Part shown: piece after piece, positions 62,934 through 64,000 of the stretch
How positions within the stretch are numbered: position 1 is the first letter of the stretch
Layout of the letters: each line of letters begins with the position of its first letter
Origin: Octopus sinensis
Taxonomy: Eukaryota
Reading direction: 5' to 3'
Assembly (NCBI RefSeq): GCF_006345805.1
Contig: NC_043000.1
Span: forward strand, 124,930,001-124,994,000
Length of the DNA stretch: 64,000 nucleotides
Made by a program: the position numbers and the translations under genes
Notes under the pieces: generated by a model
Databases searched by the model: none
The model's input: only the letters and a program-made list of their open reading frames with translations
What the model was told of the DNA's origin: nothing

Positions 62934-64000
62934 TCGAGGCTGAGTAAAAAGTAAGCAACGTTTTGAAACATGAAATTCATCAGAATATATTTCAACAATA
63001 CAGAAAATTTACTCATCAAAGTAAGTACCTCTACAATCAACACATTTTTGCCAATGAGTTACAAGTTTGTTTATTCTGATAATATAAAAATCTGGTGTTC
63101 TGGAGCTGATGAACTCTTTGAACGCACTTTGAGCATCGGTTTTATTTTTTAACTGCTTCTCTCGCAGGAAACCAACAAGGTGCTTGAAAAAGTGATAGTC
63201 AGTAGGAGAAAGGTCTGGGGAATAAGCTTGGTGGGGAAGAACACCGTAGCTAAGTTTCCTCAGCTTCTGAAGCATCATTAGTGAAGCGCATGGTCGAGTA
63301 TTGTCATGAAGAATGATTGACCTTCTTCTGTTGATCAGCCTGGGGAGAAGTAGCAGTATTTCATTCATTTTGGCACTTTCATGACAATATGTTTCTGCAG
63401 TAATGGTTTTTCTGGGTTTTAAGAAGTTATAGTGGATGAGTCCAACAGTACACCACCAAACAGTCACCATAACCTTTTTGAAGAGCTTGGGTTTAGGGAA
63501 AGTTTTCAGTGCTTCATCTTTGGTCCAATCACTGCGAAGAACTTTTTTTATTATTTTACAGAATCCACTTTCTATTGCAAAGTCAAGAAATGGATTGATC
63601 TGGTTACAGAGAAGAAGTGACGAGCAAATTTCATACCTGTGCATTTTCTGATTTTCATTCACATCATGTGGTACACATTTGTTGAGATCTTTTGATTTTC
63701 TGGCCACATGCAAATGGTTGCAGGCAGTTTCCTGGCTAACTTGGAGTTCTTTTTTTAGTTCCCAAGTGGTTTTATGTTGATCTTTCTCAATGAAAGTCGT
63801 TAATTGACTTTCATCAATGAAAAATGGGCATCCAATTCACTCACGATCTTTAAGGCTCAGGTCTCCACTGCAAAATCATTTAAACCATTTTTGAGCTGAC
63901 CACTCACTGGTCATTTCCTCACCAAACGTTTCATTGACACCACAAGAATCAGTAGCAGTTTCAGCTACTTTAAATCCTTTTTTGAAGTTCAATAGCAAAA
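62934..64000 (-). pseudogene. Mariner (DD34D) transposon, decayed transposase 63009->64000, running off the window end
   Basis: CVPHDV (WVPHEL-like), ILHDNTRP, PHQAYSPDLSPTDYHFF (YSPDL motif); stops and a frameshift in the HTH region; TIR-like end TA-TCGAGGCTGAGTAAAAAGT at 62932. Confidence 0.92.

Overview
AT-rich, microsatellite-saturated eukaryotic DNA with no intact long ORF, rRNA, CRISPR array or prokaryotic features. The repeat complement looks like an octopus/coleoid cephalopod genome (inference from repeat style only). Most of the window is (TA)n/(CA)n/(TATG)n microsatellites, several tRNA-derived SINE families, RTE- and CR1-group LINE fragments, two mariner relics, and hAT-, piggyBac- and pogo-type MITEs. 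The most interesting signal is a set of Penelope-like (PLE) relics in (TA)n tracts. They form hairpins or palindromes and carry minimal type-I hammerhead ribozyme motifs: two with both core motifs intact (33280-33349 minus, 24651-24739 plus), a family with a variant CUGUNGA core, and a family whose hammerhead lies downstream of a tRNA-like Pol III head. Two GIY-YIG C-terminal remnants support the PLE link. Several short plus-strand exon candidates splice in frame into a peptide weakly resembling the S6/C-linker of cyclic-nucleotide-gated channels (low confidence). Nearly all ORFs in the supplied track are microsatellite or SINE artefacts. Boundaries were read by eye and are approximate unless stated otherwise.
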